Translations under genes and position numbers: made by a program
Shown here: positions 1-14,383 of the stretch, in pieces
Layout: each line of letters opens with the position of its first letter
Numbering within the stretch: the stretch's first letter is position 1
Source: Veleropilina oligotropha
Lineage: Eukaryota
Direction: 5' to 3'
Length of the DNA: 64,000 nt
NCBI GenBank assembly: GCA_048128005.1
Contig: JBEUKZ010000066.1
Location: 1 to 64,000, forward strand
Notes under the pieces: model-generated
Seen by the model: the letters and a program-made list of their open reading frames with translations, nothing else
Database searches by the model: none
What the model was told of the DNA's origin: nothing

Positions 1-52
1 AGCAGTGAAATAAAGAAAGGTCAAGACATATTTCGAACGCGTCGTTCTTGTT
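1..52 (+). mobile_element. 3' end of a HINE-like (Helentron-associated) non-autonomous element, same family as 15188-15640
   Basis: gaaataaagaaaggtcaagacatatttcgaacgcgtcgttcttgtt is identical to ~15595-15640; contains 3' subterminal IR (aaaggtcaagaca) and hairpin gaacgcgtcgttc. Confidence 0.65.
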
Positions 53-614
53 AGAAGCCCCCACAGTTCGGTTATGATTTGCCGCTTTTCTAAGTTGACT
101 TGTCCATGTTTCTTGACACGACAATTAAGTGGCGAGTCAATTGCACGCTAAATAGTCACAGCCTCGTTCGAGAAAATCGAACTTCAGTGATTTTCCTTGA
201 TTTCCAAGGTATACAGTGCCACTTTAAAGTTATTATAATTTTTGTTATTTTTCGATACAGATAAACAGTAACTGGCCTTTCAATCGTTGTACTGCTGCTC
301 TGATTCTCGTTGATCACCGAGGATAAACATCGCTGAACCTGACCAGTGTTTGAATTGGTGAACATAGAAACGGTCCGGACTGTGTATTGAAGACAAAACA
401 TTCTTGTACTTAATATAAACTCGGATTTTCGCCAAAACTACCACTGAAAACTTGCTTTCCGTCACACTAACCGTTTCAAATCAAAATCAAGCCAAATCTT
501 GGCGCTGATAAGAATATCGAAACGTGTAGCGGCCCGTGAAGTATTTCTTGAATAACACTGAACGGATTTGGTAGACAAAATCATCCGATTGAATAGAGAC
601 GTTAAAAGGGGAGA

Positions 615-3600
615 TTCCGACAGCGACGTGCTTCATTCCTGGTGAATGTCGTAGATCCCGACTGCTACGTGCCTCGTTACTGATGAATGTCGTAGATCCC
701 GACTGCTACGCACTTCCTTCCATGTGAATGTCGTAGATCCCGATTGCTACGTGCCTCATTACTGGTCAATGTCATAGATTCCGACTGCTAAGTGCCTCAT
801 TACTTGTCAATGTCGTAGATCCGACTGCTACGTACCTCATTACTGGTCAATGTCGTAGATCCCGATCGCTACGTGCCTCATTACTGGTCAATGTTGTAGA
901 TCCCGACTGCTACGTGCCTCCTTACTGGTCAATGTCGTAGATCCCGACTGCTACGAGCCTCATTACTGGTCAATGTTGTAGATCCCGACTGCTACGTGCA
1001 TCATTACTGGTCAATTGCGTAGATCCCGACTGCTACGTGCCTCATTACTGGTCAATGTTGTAGATTCCGCCTGCTACGTGCCTCATTACTGGTCAACGTT
1101 GTAGACCCCGCCTGCTACGTGCCTCATTACTCGTGAATGTCGTTGATTCCGACTGCTACGTGCCTCATTACTGGTCAATGTTGTAGATCCCGACTGCTAC
1201 GTACCTCATTACTGGTCAATGTCGTAGATCCCGACTGCTACGTGCCTCATTACTTGTGAATATCGTAGATACCTAATGCTACGTGCCTCATTACCGGTCA
1301 CTGTTGTAGATCCCGACTGCTGCGTGCCTCATTACTGGTCAATGTTGTAGATCCCGACTGCTACGTGCGTCATTACTGGTCAATGTCGTAGATCCCGACC
1401 TAAGTTTCTCATTACTGGTCAATGTTGTAGATTCCGCCTGCTACGTGCCTCATTAATGGTCAATGTTGTAGACCCCGCCTGCTACGTGCCTCATTACTGG
1501 TCAATGTTGTAGATCCCGCCTGCTACGTGCCTCATTACTCGTGAATGTCGTTGATCCCGACTGCCACGTGCCTCATTATTGGTCAATGTTGTAACTCCCG
1601 ACTGCTACGTACCTCATTACTGGTCAATGTCGTAGATCCAGACTGCTACGTACCTCGTTACTTGTGAATGTCGTAGATACCTACTGCTACGTGCCTCATT
1701 ACCGGTCACTGTTGTAGATCCCGACTGCTGCGTGCCTCATTACTGATCAATGTTGTAGATCCCGCCTGCTGCGCGCCTCATTACTGATCAATGTTGTAGA
1801 TCCCGACTGCTACGTGCATCATTACTGGTCAATGGCGTAGATCCCGCCTGCTACGTGCATCATTACTGGTAAATGGCGTAGATCCCGACTGCTACGTGCC
1901 TCATTACTGGTCAATGTTGTAGATTCCGCCTGATACGTGCCTCATTACTGGCGAATGTCGTAGATCCCGACTGCTACGTACCTCATTACTGGTCAATGTT
2001 GTAGATCCCGACTGCTACGTGCCTTATTCCTGGTGAATGTCGTAGATCCCGACTTCTACGTACCTCATTACCCGTCAATGTTGTAGATCCCGACTGCTAC
2101 GTGCCTCATTCCTGATGAATGTCGTAGATCCCGACTGCTACGCCCCCCATTACTGGCGAATGTCGTAGATCCCGATTGCTGCGTACCTCATTACCGGTCA
2201 ATGTTGTCGATCCCGCCTGCTACGTGCCTCATTACTGGTCAATGTTGTAGATCCCGACTGATACGTGCCTCATTACTGATCAATGTTGTAGATACCGCCT
2301 GCTACGTGCCTCATTACTGGTCAATGTTGTAGATCCCGCCTGCTATACGTAATTGCCTCATTACTGGTCAATGTCGTAGATCGCGACTGCTACGTGCCTC
2401 ATTACTGATGAATGTTGTAGATCCCGACTGCTATGTGCCTCATTACTGGTCAATATTGTAGATCCCGCCTGTTACAAGCCTCATGATTGTTCAATGTTGT
2501 AGATCCCGCCTGTTACGTACCTCATTACTGGTCAATGTCGTAGATCTCGACTGCTAGGTGCCTCATTCCTGGTCAATGTTGTAGATCACGACTGCTATGT
2601 GCCTCATTCCTGGTCAATGTTGTAGATCCCGACTTCTACGTGCCTGATTACCGGTCAATATTGTAGATACCGACTGCTACGTGCCACATTCCTGGTCAGT
2701 GTCGTAGATCCCGACTGCTACGTACCTCATTACTGGTGAATGTCGAAGATCCCGACTGCTACGTGCTTCGTTACTTGTGAATGTCGTAGATCCCGACTGT
2801 CACGTGTCTCATTACTGGTCAATGTCGTTGATCCCGACTGCTGCGTGCCTCATTACCGGCAATGTTGTAGATCCCGACTGCTACGTGCCTCATTACTCGT
2901 GAATGTCGTTGATCCCGATTGCTACCTGCCTCATTACTGGCGAATGTCATAGACCCGACTGTGTCGTGCCCCATTACTGGTCAATGTAGTGAATCCCGAC
3001 TGCTACGTACCTCGTTACTGGGCAATGTTGTAGATCTCGCCTGCTACGTGCCTCATTACTGATCAATGTTGTAGATCCCGACTGTGACGTGCCTCATTAA
3101 TGGTCAATGTTGTAGATCCCGCCTGCTACGTGCCTCATTACTGGTCAATGTCGTAGATCCCGACTGTGCCGTGCCTCATTCTTGGTCAATGTTGTAGATC
3201 TCGACTTCTACGTACCTCATTACTGGTCAATTTTGTAGATCCCGACTGCTACGTGTCTCATTCCTGGTGAATGTCGTAGATACAGACTGCTAGGTACCTC
3301 ATTACTGGAGAATGTCGTAGATCCTGACTGCTACGTGCCTCATTACTGGTCAGTGTTGTAGATCCCGCCTTCTACGTGCCTCATTACTCGTGAATGTCGT
3401 TGATCCCGACTGCTACGTGCTTCATTACTTGTCAATGGAGCAGATGCCGACTGCTACGTGCCTCATTACTAGTCAATGTTGTAGATCCCGACTGCCACGT
3501 GCCTCCTTACTGATCAATGTCGTGGCTCATTACTTATTAATGTAGTGGATCCCGACTGCTACGTACCTCGTTACTGGTCAATGTTGTAGATCTCGCCTGC

Positions 3601-6600
3601 TACGTGCCTCATTATTGGTCAATGTCGTAGATCCCGACTGAGACGTGCCTCATTACTGATCAATGTTGTAGATCCCGACTGTGACGTGCCTCATTACTGG
3701 TCTATGTAGTGAATCCCAACTGTGTCGTGCCTCATTACTGGTCAATGTCGTAGATACCGACTGCTACGTTCATCATTACTGGTCAATGTTGTAGATCCCG
3801 ACTGCTACGTACCTCATTATTGATCATTGTCGTAGATACTGACTGCTACGTGCTTCATTACTGGCCACTGTTGTAGTTCCCGACTGCTACGTACATCATT
3901 ACTGGTCAATGTCGTAGATACCGACTGCTACGTACCTCATTACTGGTCAATGTCGTAGATACCGACTGCTACGTGCCTCATTACTGGTCAGTGTTGTAGA
4001 TCCCGCCTTCTACGTGCCTCATTACTCGTGAATGTCGTTGATCCCGACTGCTACGTGCTTCATTACTTGTCAATGGAGCAGATGCCGACTGCTACGTGCC
4101 TCATTACTAGTCAATGTTGTAGATCCCGACTGCCACGTGCCTCCTTACTGATCAATGTCGTGGCTCATTACTTATTAATGTAGTGGATCCCGACTGCTAC
4201 GTACCTCGTTACTGGTCAATGTTGTAGATCTCGCCTGCTACGTGCCTCATTATTGATCAATGTCGTAGATCCCGACTGAGACGTGCCTCATTACTGATCA
4301 ATGTTGTAGATCCCGACTGTGACGTGCCTCATTACTGGTCTATGTAGTGAATCCCAACTGTGACGTGCCTCATTACTGGTCAATGTCGTAGATACCGACT
4401 GCTACGTTCATCATTACTGGTCAATGTTGTAGATCCCGACTGCTACGTACCTCATTATTGGTCATTGTCGTAGATACTGACTGCTACGTGCTTCATTACT
4501 GGCCACTGTTGTAGTTCCCGACTGCTACGTACATCATTACTGGTCAATGTCGTAGATACCGACTGCTACGTACCTCATTACTGGTCAATGTCGTAGATAC
4601 CGACAGCTACGTGCTTCATTACTGGTCAATGTTGTAGATCCCGACAGCTACGTGCCTCATTACCGGTCAATGTTGTAGATCCCGAATGATACGTGCCTCA
4701 TTACTGGTCAATGTCGTAGATCCCGATTGTGACGTGCCTCATTACTGGTCAATGTAGTCGATTCTGAGTGCTACGTGCCTCATTACTGGTCAATGTTGTA
4801 GATCCCAACTGCTACGTGTCTCATTACCGGTCAATGTTGTAGATTCCGACTGCTACGTGCCTCATTACTGGTCAATGTCGTAGATTCCGACTGTGACGTG
4901 CCTAATTACTACCCAATGCTGTCGATCCCGACTGTGAGGTGCGTCATTACTGGTCAATGTTGTAGGTCCCGACTGCTACGTGCCTCATTACTGGTCAATG
5001 TCGTAGATCCCGATTGCTACCTGCCTCATTACTGGTCTATGTAGTGAATCCCAACTGTGACGTGCCTCATTACTGGTCAATGTCGTAGATTCCGACTGTG
5101 TCGTGCCTCATTACTGGTCAATGTTGTAGATCCCGACTGTGACGTGCCTCATTACTGGTCTATGTAGTGAATCCCAACTGTGACGTGCCTCATTACTGGT
5201 CAATGTCGTAGATTCCGACTGTGTCGTGCCTCATTACTGGTCAATGCTGTAGATCCCGCCTGATACGTGCCTCATTACTGATCAATGCTGTAGATCCCGA
5301 CTGTGACGTGCCTCATTACTGGCCAATGTCGTAGATTCCGACTGTGTCGTGCCTCATTACTGGTCAATGTTGTAGATCCCGACTATGTCGTGCCTCATTA
5401 CTGGTCAATGTAGATCTCGACTGCTACGTGCCTCATTCCTGGTCAATGTCGTTAAGCCCGACTGTGACGTGCCTCATTCCTGGTCAACGTTGTAGATCCC
5501 GACTTCTACGTACCTCATTACTGGTCAATGTTGTAGATCCCGACTGCTACGTGCCTCAGTACTGGTCAATGTCGTAGATCCCGACTATGTCGTGCCTCAT
5601 TACTGGCCAATGTTCTAGATCCCGACTGTGACGTGTCTCAATACTGGTCAATGTTGTAGATCCCGCCTTCTACGTGCTTCATTACTGGTCAATGTCGTAG
5701 ATACCGCCCAGCCGGCAAAAGACGTTGTTACAATGTTGCAAGACGTTGAAACAACGTCATTGACGTTGGTACAACGTTGTAACAACGTCTTTCAACATCT
5801 TTTGCCGGCTGGGCGACTGCTACGTGCATCATTACTGGTCAATGTTGTAGATCCCGACTGCTACGTACCTCATTATTGGTCATTGTCGTAGATACTGACT
5901 GCTACGTGCTTCATTACTGGCCACTGTTGTAGATCCCGACTGCTACGTACCTTATTACTGGTCAATGTCGTAGATACCGACTGCTACGTACCTCATTACT
6001 GGTCAATGTCGTAGATACCGACTGCTACGTGCTTCATTACTGGTCAATGTTGTAGATCCCGACAGCTACGTGCCTCATTACCGGTCAATGTTGTAGATCC
6101 CGAATGCTACGTGCCTCATTACTGGTCAATGTCGTAGATTCCGATTGTGACGTGCCTCATTACTGGTCAATGTAGTCGATTCTGAGTGCTACGTGCCTCA
6201 TTGCTGGTCAATGTTGTAGATCCCGACTGCTACGTGTCCCATTACCGGTCAATGTTGTAGATCACGACTGCTACGTGCCTCATTACTGGTCAATGTCGTA
6301 GATTCCGACTGTGACGTGCCTAATTACTACCCAATGCTGTCGATCCCGACTGTAAGGTGCCTCATTACTGGTCAATGTTGTAGGTCCCGACTGCTACGTG
6401 CCTCATTACTGGTCAATGTCGTAGATCCCGACTGTGACGTGCCTCATTACTGGTCAATGTCGTAGATTCCGACTGTGACGTGCCTAATTACTACCCAATG
6501 CTGTCGATCCCGACTGTGAGGTGCCTCATTACTGGTCAATGTTGTAGGTCCTGACTGCTACGTGCTTCATTACTGGTCAATGTTGTAGATCTCGACTGCT

Positions 6601-7188
6601 ACGTACCTTATTACTGGTCAATGTCGGAGATACCGACTGCTAAGTGCTTCATTACTGGTCAATGTCGTAGATCCAGAAAGCTACGTGCCTCATTACTGGT
6701 CAAAGTCGAAGATACCGACTGCTACGTACCTCATTATTGGTCAATGTCATAGATACCGACTGTTACGTGCTTCATTACTGGTCAATGTTGTAGATCCCGA
6801 CAGCTACGTTCCTCATTACTGGTCAATGTTGTAGATCCCGACTGCTACGTGCCTCATTGCTGGTCAATGTTGCCGACTGCTACGTGCCTCATTACTGGTC
6901 AATGTAATAGATTCCGACTGCTACGTGCCTCATTGCTAGTCAATGTTGTAGATCTCGCCTGATACGTGCCTTATTATTGGTCAATGTTGTATATCCCGAC
7001 TGCTACTTGCCTCATTACTGGTCAATGTTGTAGATCCCGACTGCTACGTGTCTCATTACCGGTCAATGTTGTAGATCCCGACTGCTACGTACCTCATTAC
7101 TGGTCAATGTCGTGGATCCCAACTGATACGTGCCTCATTGCTGGTCAATGTTGTAGATCCCGACTGCTATGTGTCTCATTACTGATCA
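615..7188. repeat. 41-bp tandem satellite, ~160 diverged monomers, consensus CTGGTCAATGTTGTAGATCCCGACTGCTACGTGCCTCATTA
   Basis: Period read directly (e.g. agat at 1021 and 1062); many point variants; no spacer structure. Confidence 0.97.
5707..5813. mobile_element. 107-bp MITE inserted in the satellite (CMC/EnSpm-like)
   Basis: TIRs cccagccggcaaaaga / tcttttgccggctggg; CG duplicated at 5705-5706 and 5814-5815; internal acgttg/caacgt repeats; removal restores monomer gataccgactgc. Confidence 0.85.
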
Positions 7189-10100
7189 AGACCGCATCAA
7201 ATCATATGAAGTATAGCTGTTGGACAAAATGTTGATCGAACTGAGCCGATATGTATATTGTGCTGGCATGACTAATAATACCGTATCTCAGAATAATCAG
7301 TCGGTCGTATTCTTTCATGACATCTTCAAGATCAGCAGTAGCGATTTGGGCTTCATATGATCTTCGCTGTATGGATTCCCAATTTCTTCGAATTTTAAGT
7401 TGGTTAATCGGTTTAACATAATTTGTGTACCATGACACGTCATTTGCAAACGATGAACAATAGGTGAAAGTTTATAAGTGTGCCAGGACAGTCGGAACAC
7501 TATTGACTAGAGGGTCTTGCATAAAAGATAGCCGTCGATAAAGGTGATCCATAAAATCCCGGACTCAGTTTATGGAAAACATTTTGCATCTGCTATCATG
7601 TAAAGTCTGATGCCAAGTCTTTAATCGATTAAATAACAATTTAGCAGATTTAAGACATAAAAATATTAATGTATTATCATATTCAGTGTTGATATTGTCT
7701 GTAATTACATTAAAAGAAACTGAACTGTTCCTTATTACAAATAACTATTTTGGCCTGCCCACCATGGCTACGTCAAAACTGTATGCTGATCGACAATTGC
7801 TAGAATCCAAAAATTTGACGAAATATCGTAATCGAATTTGTGCTTGCTCAGTTAGCTGAACAAACGCCGGTGATTCCTTTGCCACTTATACGTGACGACA
7901 ATATGTAACCAATTACGAATGAAGATATTTGCAGATCAATTTGAAAATATAACACAGATGACCCGAATTTACATAAGCCAAGATTCATCAGATAAAACAC
8001 GACTGAAAATGTGCCATGACAGTTTGCGTCCCGCAATCAGATTTGCTTGACTGATAATCGATACATTCTATAGGGAAATAAATAAAATTATCGAAAAAAC
8101 CCGCGAAGTTCTCAGAAAACCATGTATCTGTATTCTTGCACAGAAATAACTTAATAAGCAGGTGAAAACCAATAATCAAGACCTAGTTTAGTCGACGGCG
8201 GCGAAGGCATTGTACCAGTAAGAAGTCATTTATCTGTTTCATAAATCGAGTTCCCAATCTGCCATAAACGACATCAAATGTCGAACTCAATTACCGCCTT
8301 GTCAATTAATACGCAATTTGGTGCAGGATGGATACCAGAACCTGGTATATCCGGGTGATAAGTTTAATGAACACTATAGAACCTGTCATTGGATGTCATA
8401 TTATTTCATCCAAACTAAAGTGCACTTGAGATCGGTAGTTTTCAACCGGGCATATGCCATCAACCATGGCAATTTTCTTTGATTCGTCCTTCCCTATTTT
8501 TGCTGCAGATGCCATTCGCGAAGGTTTGGACGATGATTCATCGATTGATAAATAGGTTAAGACTTTCTTAAAGTTACCGTGTATAACGTTCGTTTGTAAT
8601 GAGCTTATATAAACTAGCAGCAGGTCTTTGATATTAGATCTATATTATTTCCACAAAGGTATGCTGTCTTTGCATGTTTCCATGATTGACCTTGCACAAC
8701 CTGACTGTCGTGGACAATCCTTCCCGTGCATAGCGTATATTCCTATATGTAACCTACATTATAGTGTGGTTATCATCAACTTATACTGATTCCTTCGTAG
8801 AAAGCATTTCGTCCGAAGATTTATTTGATATGGACCAATTTAACACTCTTCACAGTCACATCAGGACATATCCATATTATCGCTGGGCGTGGTCGCACAA
8901 GAAAACACCCGACCCAACCAGTTAAGGAGACCTGCTACTGTTAACTGAATCAGATCGCTCTTCTCCATAACCCTTTGATGTTATGTTTATTTGTAAATTT
9001 TAGAACTCGTGTCAAACGGGGTACGCGTACAAAGCGGACAGGCGCCGAGAAACGCCAAAATATATTAGAGATACGAGGTGCTCTATTGAATGCCCCGCCA
9101 GAAGTCGGTTTCAAGATACGTAACCGTGTTGCAATCTTTTATATAGTTTTAAATATCAATCTGGGGGATTGATTTTTATTAATTTTGTTACTTTTTACTT
9201 TATCGTTAAGCTCCTGATGGTGACCCAATAGCAGCTGCTGTCTTCGTCCGAAGGAAGGCGATTCTCTGATTCTTGAACAGTACCATCATCTAAAGGCTTG
9301 TCGTTTCTTTAGCCCATTGAGAGATCATACAAATTAATAGATTTTGGGGGTAACGAACATGTTTGTACCCATTGCATTTGCCCTACAATAACCTATGTAG
9401 TCCAGTCGATCTAAAACAAAAATGGACCAAGCCCACCACAAATTCCCATATTAATGGCACTGGTATCATTTTTCAGCAAATTTTGTCTAGATTAACATAC
9501 TAAAAATCAACCAAAATCACAAAAGCGGAACAGTTTCATTTTTTCGTAGGAATACAAGCACAATTCAATGAAAAAATTATGCATTTTTAAAACCTATATA
9601 TATAAACATATATATGGATCACTAAATAATGCATTACTCCTGCCTATTTTTAGGTGGGCACAACCTCCGCAAGTGAAGCTGATATACTGGCTATCCAGGA
9701 TAACATTTGTGCCCACCTTACGCAACCGTGTTGCGGTTTTTAGGTTTACTTATATACGTTAGTTTATGATATGCTATGTAGGCCTACATCAGACATGCAT
9801 AACGTCAACATATTTTACTTTGTTTCCGCAATATTTTCCTGGAAATCATTGCCAAACAAATTAAAATGGATTATGGTTCAGCTAAGAAAAATAAAACAAT
9901 TTATTTTGATTATATGAAGTAAAAACATACTTATATGCATGTTATAAAATGTTCTTCAACACTACTGGTCATTAGCAAGTGACCAGAAATTTTTTCTTTT
10001 TTAGATAGGCACCATCTCCAAAAGTGGGCTAACCTTCGAGTTATCCGTTACAGATCAAAATCAGGCGGCGCTGTACCCACCTTGTGCAACCGTGTCGTGA

Positions 10101-10699
10101 TTTTATTCTATCAAAACATAATGCACATACTTTTGATTTTAATCAATTTAGTTTTACTACAACAATTTAATAGTTTTTCGGTCGTGTCTGTAGAAGGGTC
10201 CCGGTTTGACGTCTCCATCCAAATAGATGGATACTGTGTACAATGGAGACGACGTATACCTATGACAGATTGTGGTCTGGGAACATTCTCATGGACATTG
10301 CAAGGGTATCAGAATAGAAGTCCTCTATAGGATATCATTGGAGATATCTTTACAGATTTGCCAACAGGTTTCGCTGCAGTACGAAGACATGACATATATC
10401 GTTCGCCGTTTTGGTAGATCGGAATAGAGTGGAATATTGCACGGCCTTATTGCTGCGGGACATTTCTTTACACCTAATATATTAACAATTATTTGCAGCT
10501 CAGGCCACAAATACCTATAAAACACCATGAGCCACATACAATATTTACTGAAGTGGAAGTTCACTCGTGACAAATCATGCTGACGACAGCACTATGAAAT
10601 ACAACACGCCTCCGAAAATAGTAGTTCGTTTCTGAATGGTGGGTATTTCCTGAGATTGATGCAAATCATCATTTCATCCATCCATTCTTTCTTTCTAAA

Positions 10700-11760
10700 G
10701 CAATTCGGTATGTATGCCGGGAATGAGCACGATGGACGCCATCTTCATTATATGACAGATGGTGAAGTTTGAACAAATTCAAGCAGCATTCTGTGGATTT
10801 TTAAATCTTGAAAAGGCATATGACCGAATCCTGGGAGAAGTGATGTGCTAGTGCCTGTGAAGAATTGGTGTTTCTGAGAAGATAGTGATATTGGTAATGG
10901 AAACAAGAACATATATATGTAAGATCAGCCGGTGAGCAGTCCATAGAGTTTAACATCGAGGTTAGAACACGTGATGTTCTTTCAGAACATCTCAAGTCAG
11001 GAGATCTATGGGAACTGCTGTTCGCAGATGACATAGCTATCTTTGCAGACAACGAAGACCAGGAACAGTTGCAGGAAAGACGCTGGCAAACGAGTCTGAA
11101 GAAGTTTGGATAAAACTGAACTCGAAAAAGACAGAGACGTCGTTGTGTACTATATCAGGCAGTCATATGGCAGTCATTAGAGATATGAAGGTGACAAATT
11201 AAAACGAACGTTTTAAGTAATTAATGTAATTTGGATCAACCATATGTGAATGAGGGGTGCGAGATCAATGTCCTGAACATAATCAACGCAGAATGGATAA
11301 ATTGGAGAGAAGTGAGTTGGCTGTTGAATGATATGAGGATGCCGATTAAGCTGAAGCATAAGTGGTGGAGACTGAATAAGATTGGTAGAACCTGAGACGT
11401 TACTGGCGGTGGCGGAGATGCGTATACCAATACTCGGAGATATCGAGTATTGGGACGATGAAGGATAAGATCAGAAACATAGAGGTGCGAAGCAGAACGA
11501 ATGTTACGAGGGCAAATTGGTAAGATGAGTTGTTATGGACACGTCTTGATCATGGTGGAAAGTGGGGAAATGTGGTGACGGGAGCGTGGGAGAACAAGTA
11601 TGGGGACGGGGTAGTAGAGGAAACGGATGGCAACCGATAAGATGGAGGGATGGACTGAGGGAGGAGATGGACCTGCACAGGACTGGGGAAATGGGGAAGG
11701 AGACTTCAGAACGCCGAACCCCCAAAAAGATAGAGATAAGTCATGTCTACAAACACAAGA
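10700..11760 (+). pseudogene. Decayed RTE-type LINE reverse transcriptase fragment
   Basis: Relic motifs across frameshifts: QFG..PG.ST.DAIF, LEKAYDR (~10808), ELLFADDIA (~11011); boundaries approximate. Confidence 0.75.
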
Positions 11761-13380
11761 TGGAGGTGATGCAAGACGATCTACGGAACATCCAGGTCAG
11801 GTTGTTCGGATCGATTTATCAGTGACACGCTGTGCACAATTCGCCCTTGTATATCATCGTTAATAAGCAGAGGTACCTTAATGATCTCAGTATGAAGCTT
11901 GAACCAAAGTCTGCAAAGTACTTCATGTCATGACATACATGTATGTTGATGTATTATTTGGTCAGACCGATATTAAATTTGCAAAACAATGTAGAACCAT
12001 ATCTCAATGGAAATGACACATATTGGCTTGTCTTAACACCAGTTTAAACCCACTCAATCTGGTTTTAAACAAGACCAGATTTTCATGCAAAGAAACCAGC
12101 ATGGTTTTGGAAAATTGAGCAACTTAAACATTCTCTTGGCAAGGATGCAGTATCTCCTATTTGTTCATGCCATTTTGGGCTGTGGCACCACTTCTCGGAT
12201 ATTTCTCATTGACAAATTTGTTTCCCAATAAACGCTGTCACTTACAAATCGCAAGCTGTACAAAATGTGATATTATCAAAGCAGGTAAAAGTGCTTTATT
12301 CTCATTCTTCCACGTTAATCCAGGAGACAGCAGTAGGCAACAATTAATTTTCAAAATGTGTCCCCAAATGCGGCATATATGCAGCATCGTATCTTTCCTC
12401 AAATATCTTTTGCTGCCAGATTCTGCCACCAGGTTCAACAGTGACCGGGAAATGATTATCACCTGAAGACTGGAGTTGATGATCCAGGATGGCAAATTGA
12501 TCCCCGTATAAACAAACTGAAAACCGGCCCCAGTGTATCTCGTTGATGCCACTTATTGTCAAAGCGGCTATAACACAACGTGATGTGATTGCAGAAAGTT
12601 GTAATTGTATGGTACACATCCCTGATTTTAATGTTAAGTTATTCATTATAAATATATCAATCTCATCGAGAGAAGGAAGTGATCGTGACGTGAGAGGAAT
12701 GTTTGATACAAAGTCTTGATCTTATTGCTGTTAGGTCTTTAATTATGGCATTGTATTTCCTACTTTAGTATTAATATTGGTATCTAGCTCACAATAGCTC
12801 AAACTGTATATTATTTACATAAATTTATGTAGGTATCGTAACGGTATCATCAAAATTAAATCTCGATTTCCTTATTACAAAACACATTTAAAAACACACC
12901 TCCCGTCCTTCGAAGGGAGATGTTAAACCGAGGTTGTAACTACAATATGATTGAAATTTGCTAATGTTGTCGTATAACTGGCATTCCAATCCAATCTTAT
13001 GACCACGCACAGTAATAAAACATACTCCAAATCCTATCACTACCCCGAAGATCATGGTTCTCTGGCATAATTATATGCACAAATACGTAATCAATGAATA
13101 TACAAATTTAAAATTGTTCCACTAATTGGATTTTGGTTGATTTTCAATATGTTAATCTGTGGCATAATTGAAATAGAAAAAAAATCATATTTCGTTAATA
13201 TCGGATTTGTGGTGGGTATATCACCAGATTGACTGGACTAATGAGGAGATAAAATATATTCGCTTTCTAATTTTTCAGTGATGGTAATGCTATTATACGG
13301 CTCATACAGACTACATATGTGACACAAATGTATAAATGATGTGCAATTCCTTTTAGATTGTTATGTCATCTTTCCAATTT

Positions 13381-14383
13381 CACATTGTCCATGCATATTC
13401 GCCAAGCCTGCTGTATTACCGAGATCGGAGCCTCTTGATCACATTGTCCATGCATATTCGCCAAGCCTGCTGTATTACCGAGATCGGAGCCTCTTGATCA
13501 CATTGTCCATGCATATTCGCCAAGCCTGCTGTATTACCGAGATCGGAGCCTCTTGATCACATTGTCCATGCATATTCGCCAAGCCTGCTGTATTACCGAG
13601 ATCGGAGCCTCTTGATCACATTGTCCATGCATATTCGCCAAGCCTGCTGTATTACCGAGATCGGAGCCTCTTGATCACATTGTCCATGCATATTCGCCAA
13701 GCCTGCTGTATTACCGAGATCGGAGCCTCTTGATCACATTGTCCATGCATATTCGCCAAGCCTGCTGTATTACCGAGATCGGAGCCTCTTGATCACATTG
13801 TCCATGCATATACGCCAAGCCTGCTGTATTACCGAGATCGGAGCCTCTTGATCACATTGTCCATGCATATTCGCCAAGCCTGCTGTATTACCGAGATCGG
13901 AGCCTCTTGATCACATTGTCCATGCATATTCGCCAAGCCTGCTGTATTACCGAGATCGGAGCCTCTTGATCACATTGTCCATGCATATTCGCCAAGCCTG
14001 GTGTATTACCGAGATCGGAGCCTCTTGATCACATTGTCCATGCATATTCGTCAAGCCTGCTGTATTACCGAGATCGGAGCCTCTTGATCACATTGTCCAT
14101 GCATATTCGCCAAGCCTGCTGTATTACCGAGATCGGAGCCTCTTGATCACATTGTCCATGCATATTCGCCAAGCCTGCTGTATTACCGAGATCGGAGCCT
14201 CTTGATCACATTGTCCATGCATATTCGCCAAGCCTGCTGTATTACCGAGATCGGAGCCTCTTGATCACATTGTCCATGCATATTCGCCAAGCCTGCTGTA
14301 TTACCGAGATCGGAGCCTCTTGATCACATTGTCCATGCATATTCGCCAAGCCTGCTGTATTACCGAGATCGGAGCCGCTTGAT
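13381..14383. repeat. 59-bp tandem array, 17 near-identical copies
   Basis: Unit cacattgtccatgcatattcgccaagcctgctgtattaccgagatcggagcctcttgat; 1003 bp = 17 x 59; about four substitutions seen. Confidence 0.98.

Noticed and set aside
2740..7235. Cys-rich ORFs within the satellite
   Set aside because: Translations of the 41-bp repeat, which is not a multiple of 3; frequent stops
7190..8800. Possible decayed Penelope-like retroelement on the minus strand
   Set aside because: Only faint motif resemblance; no motif could be read with confidence
615..14383. 41-bp and 59-bp arrays as CRISPR arrays
   Set aside because: Head-to-tail repeats with no unique spacers, no cas genes, eukaryotic context
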